A stretch of 43,100 bases of DNA. Source: Ignavibacteriota bacterium (GTDB taxonomy: Bacteria; Bacteroidota; Ignavibacteria; UBA10030; UBA6906). The first letter of the stretch is position 1, and every line of letters starts with the position of its first letter. Of this stretch, positions 43,052 to 43,100 are shown one piece after another. The position numbers and the translations under genes are program-made. The stretch covers positions 1-43,100 of the forward strand of contig JANNUB010000300.1 in NCBI GenBank assembly GCA_031394795.1. The letters are read 5' to 3'. Below the pieces are notes generated by a model. The model saw nothing but the letters and a program-made list of their open reading frames with translations. It was not told the origin of the DNA and searched no databases.

Positions 43052-43100
43052 AGCGTTGTTACTCCGTAATCAGTAATGCGTCACTCCATCACTCCATCAC

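Noticed and set aside
1-43100. Mobile elements, prophage, CRISPR arrays and rRNA/tRNA genes
   Set aside because: No integrase, transposase or phage-like ORFs were seen. There are no spacer-repeat arrays, and no stretch resembles rRNA or cloverleaf tRNA. All spacers longer than 200 bp were inspected by eye.

Overview
This 43.1-kb window looks like a densely coding chromosomal segment with about 43 protein-coding genes. I found no rRNA, tRNA, CRISPR array, transposase or integrase by eye. Two adjacent secreted proteins end in Por/T9SS-type C-terminal sorting domains (YPNPFNP...TIKYQL...GVYFYRIE). This suggests a diderm of the Fibrobacteres-Chlorobi-Bacteroidetes superphylum, possibly Ignavibacteria-like, but that is inference only. 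The housekeeping backbone is: SEDS fragment, Lon-like protease, RRM protein, pdxH, GDPD, adk, rlmN, rluD, lspA, dksA-like, ileS, SIMPL, DUF2905, PNP, divIVA, yggS, ECF sigma/anti-sigma, hydrolase, GroES-like, cytochrome c, aquaporin, htpX, GH13 amylase, POT transporter. Four blocks are poorly explained by known biology. (1) 6765-9904 holds a tandemly duplicated pair of an uncharacterised beta-barrel outer-membrane protein and a small lipoprotein. (2) 23493-26616 is an envelope cluster of two OmpA-domain proteins, a membrane-anchored helix-hairpin-helix protein and a DUF937 protein. They share a conserved N-terminal anchor, and a near-perfect 108-bp duplicated gene start lies between them. (3) 28826-33574 holds two T9SS cargo proteins of unknown function whose sorting-domain DNA carries an 82-bp identical block exactly 1500 bp apart. 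(4) 37605-43051 is a DtxR/MntR-controlled unit: a promoter with an operator, an Nramp-USP fusion, then a translationally coupled di-heme cytochrome, Rieske protein and porin-like barrel. Smaller features include palindromic REP-like elements, one of which reaches the annotated ileS start, a frameshift-prone heptamer repeat inside ileS, and a sigma54-like promoter in a 415-bp non-coding leader. All family names come from motif recognition by eye and memory. No database search was run.
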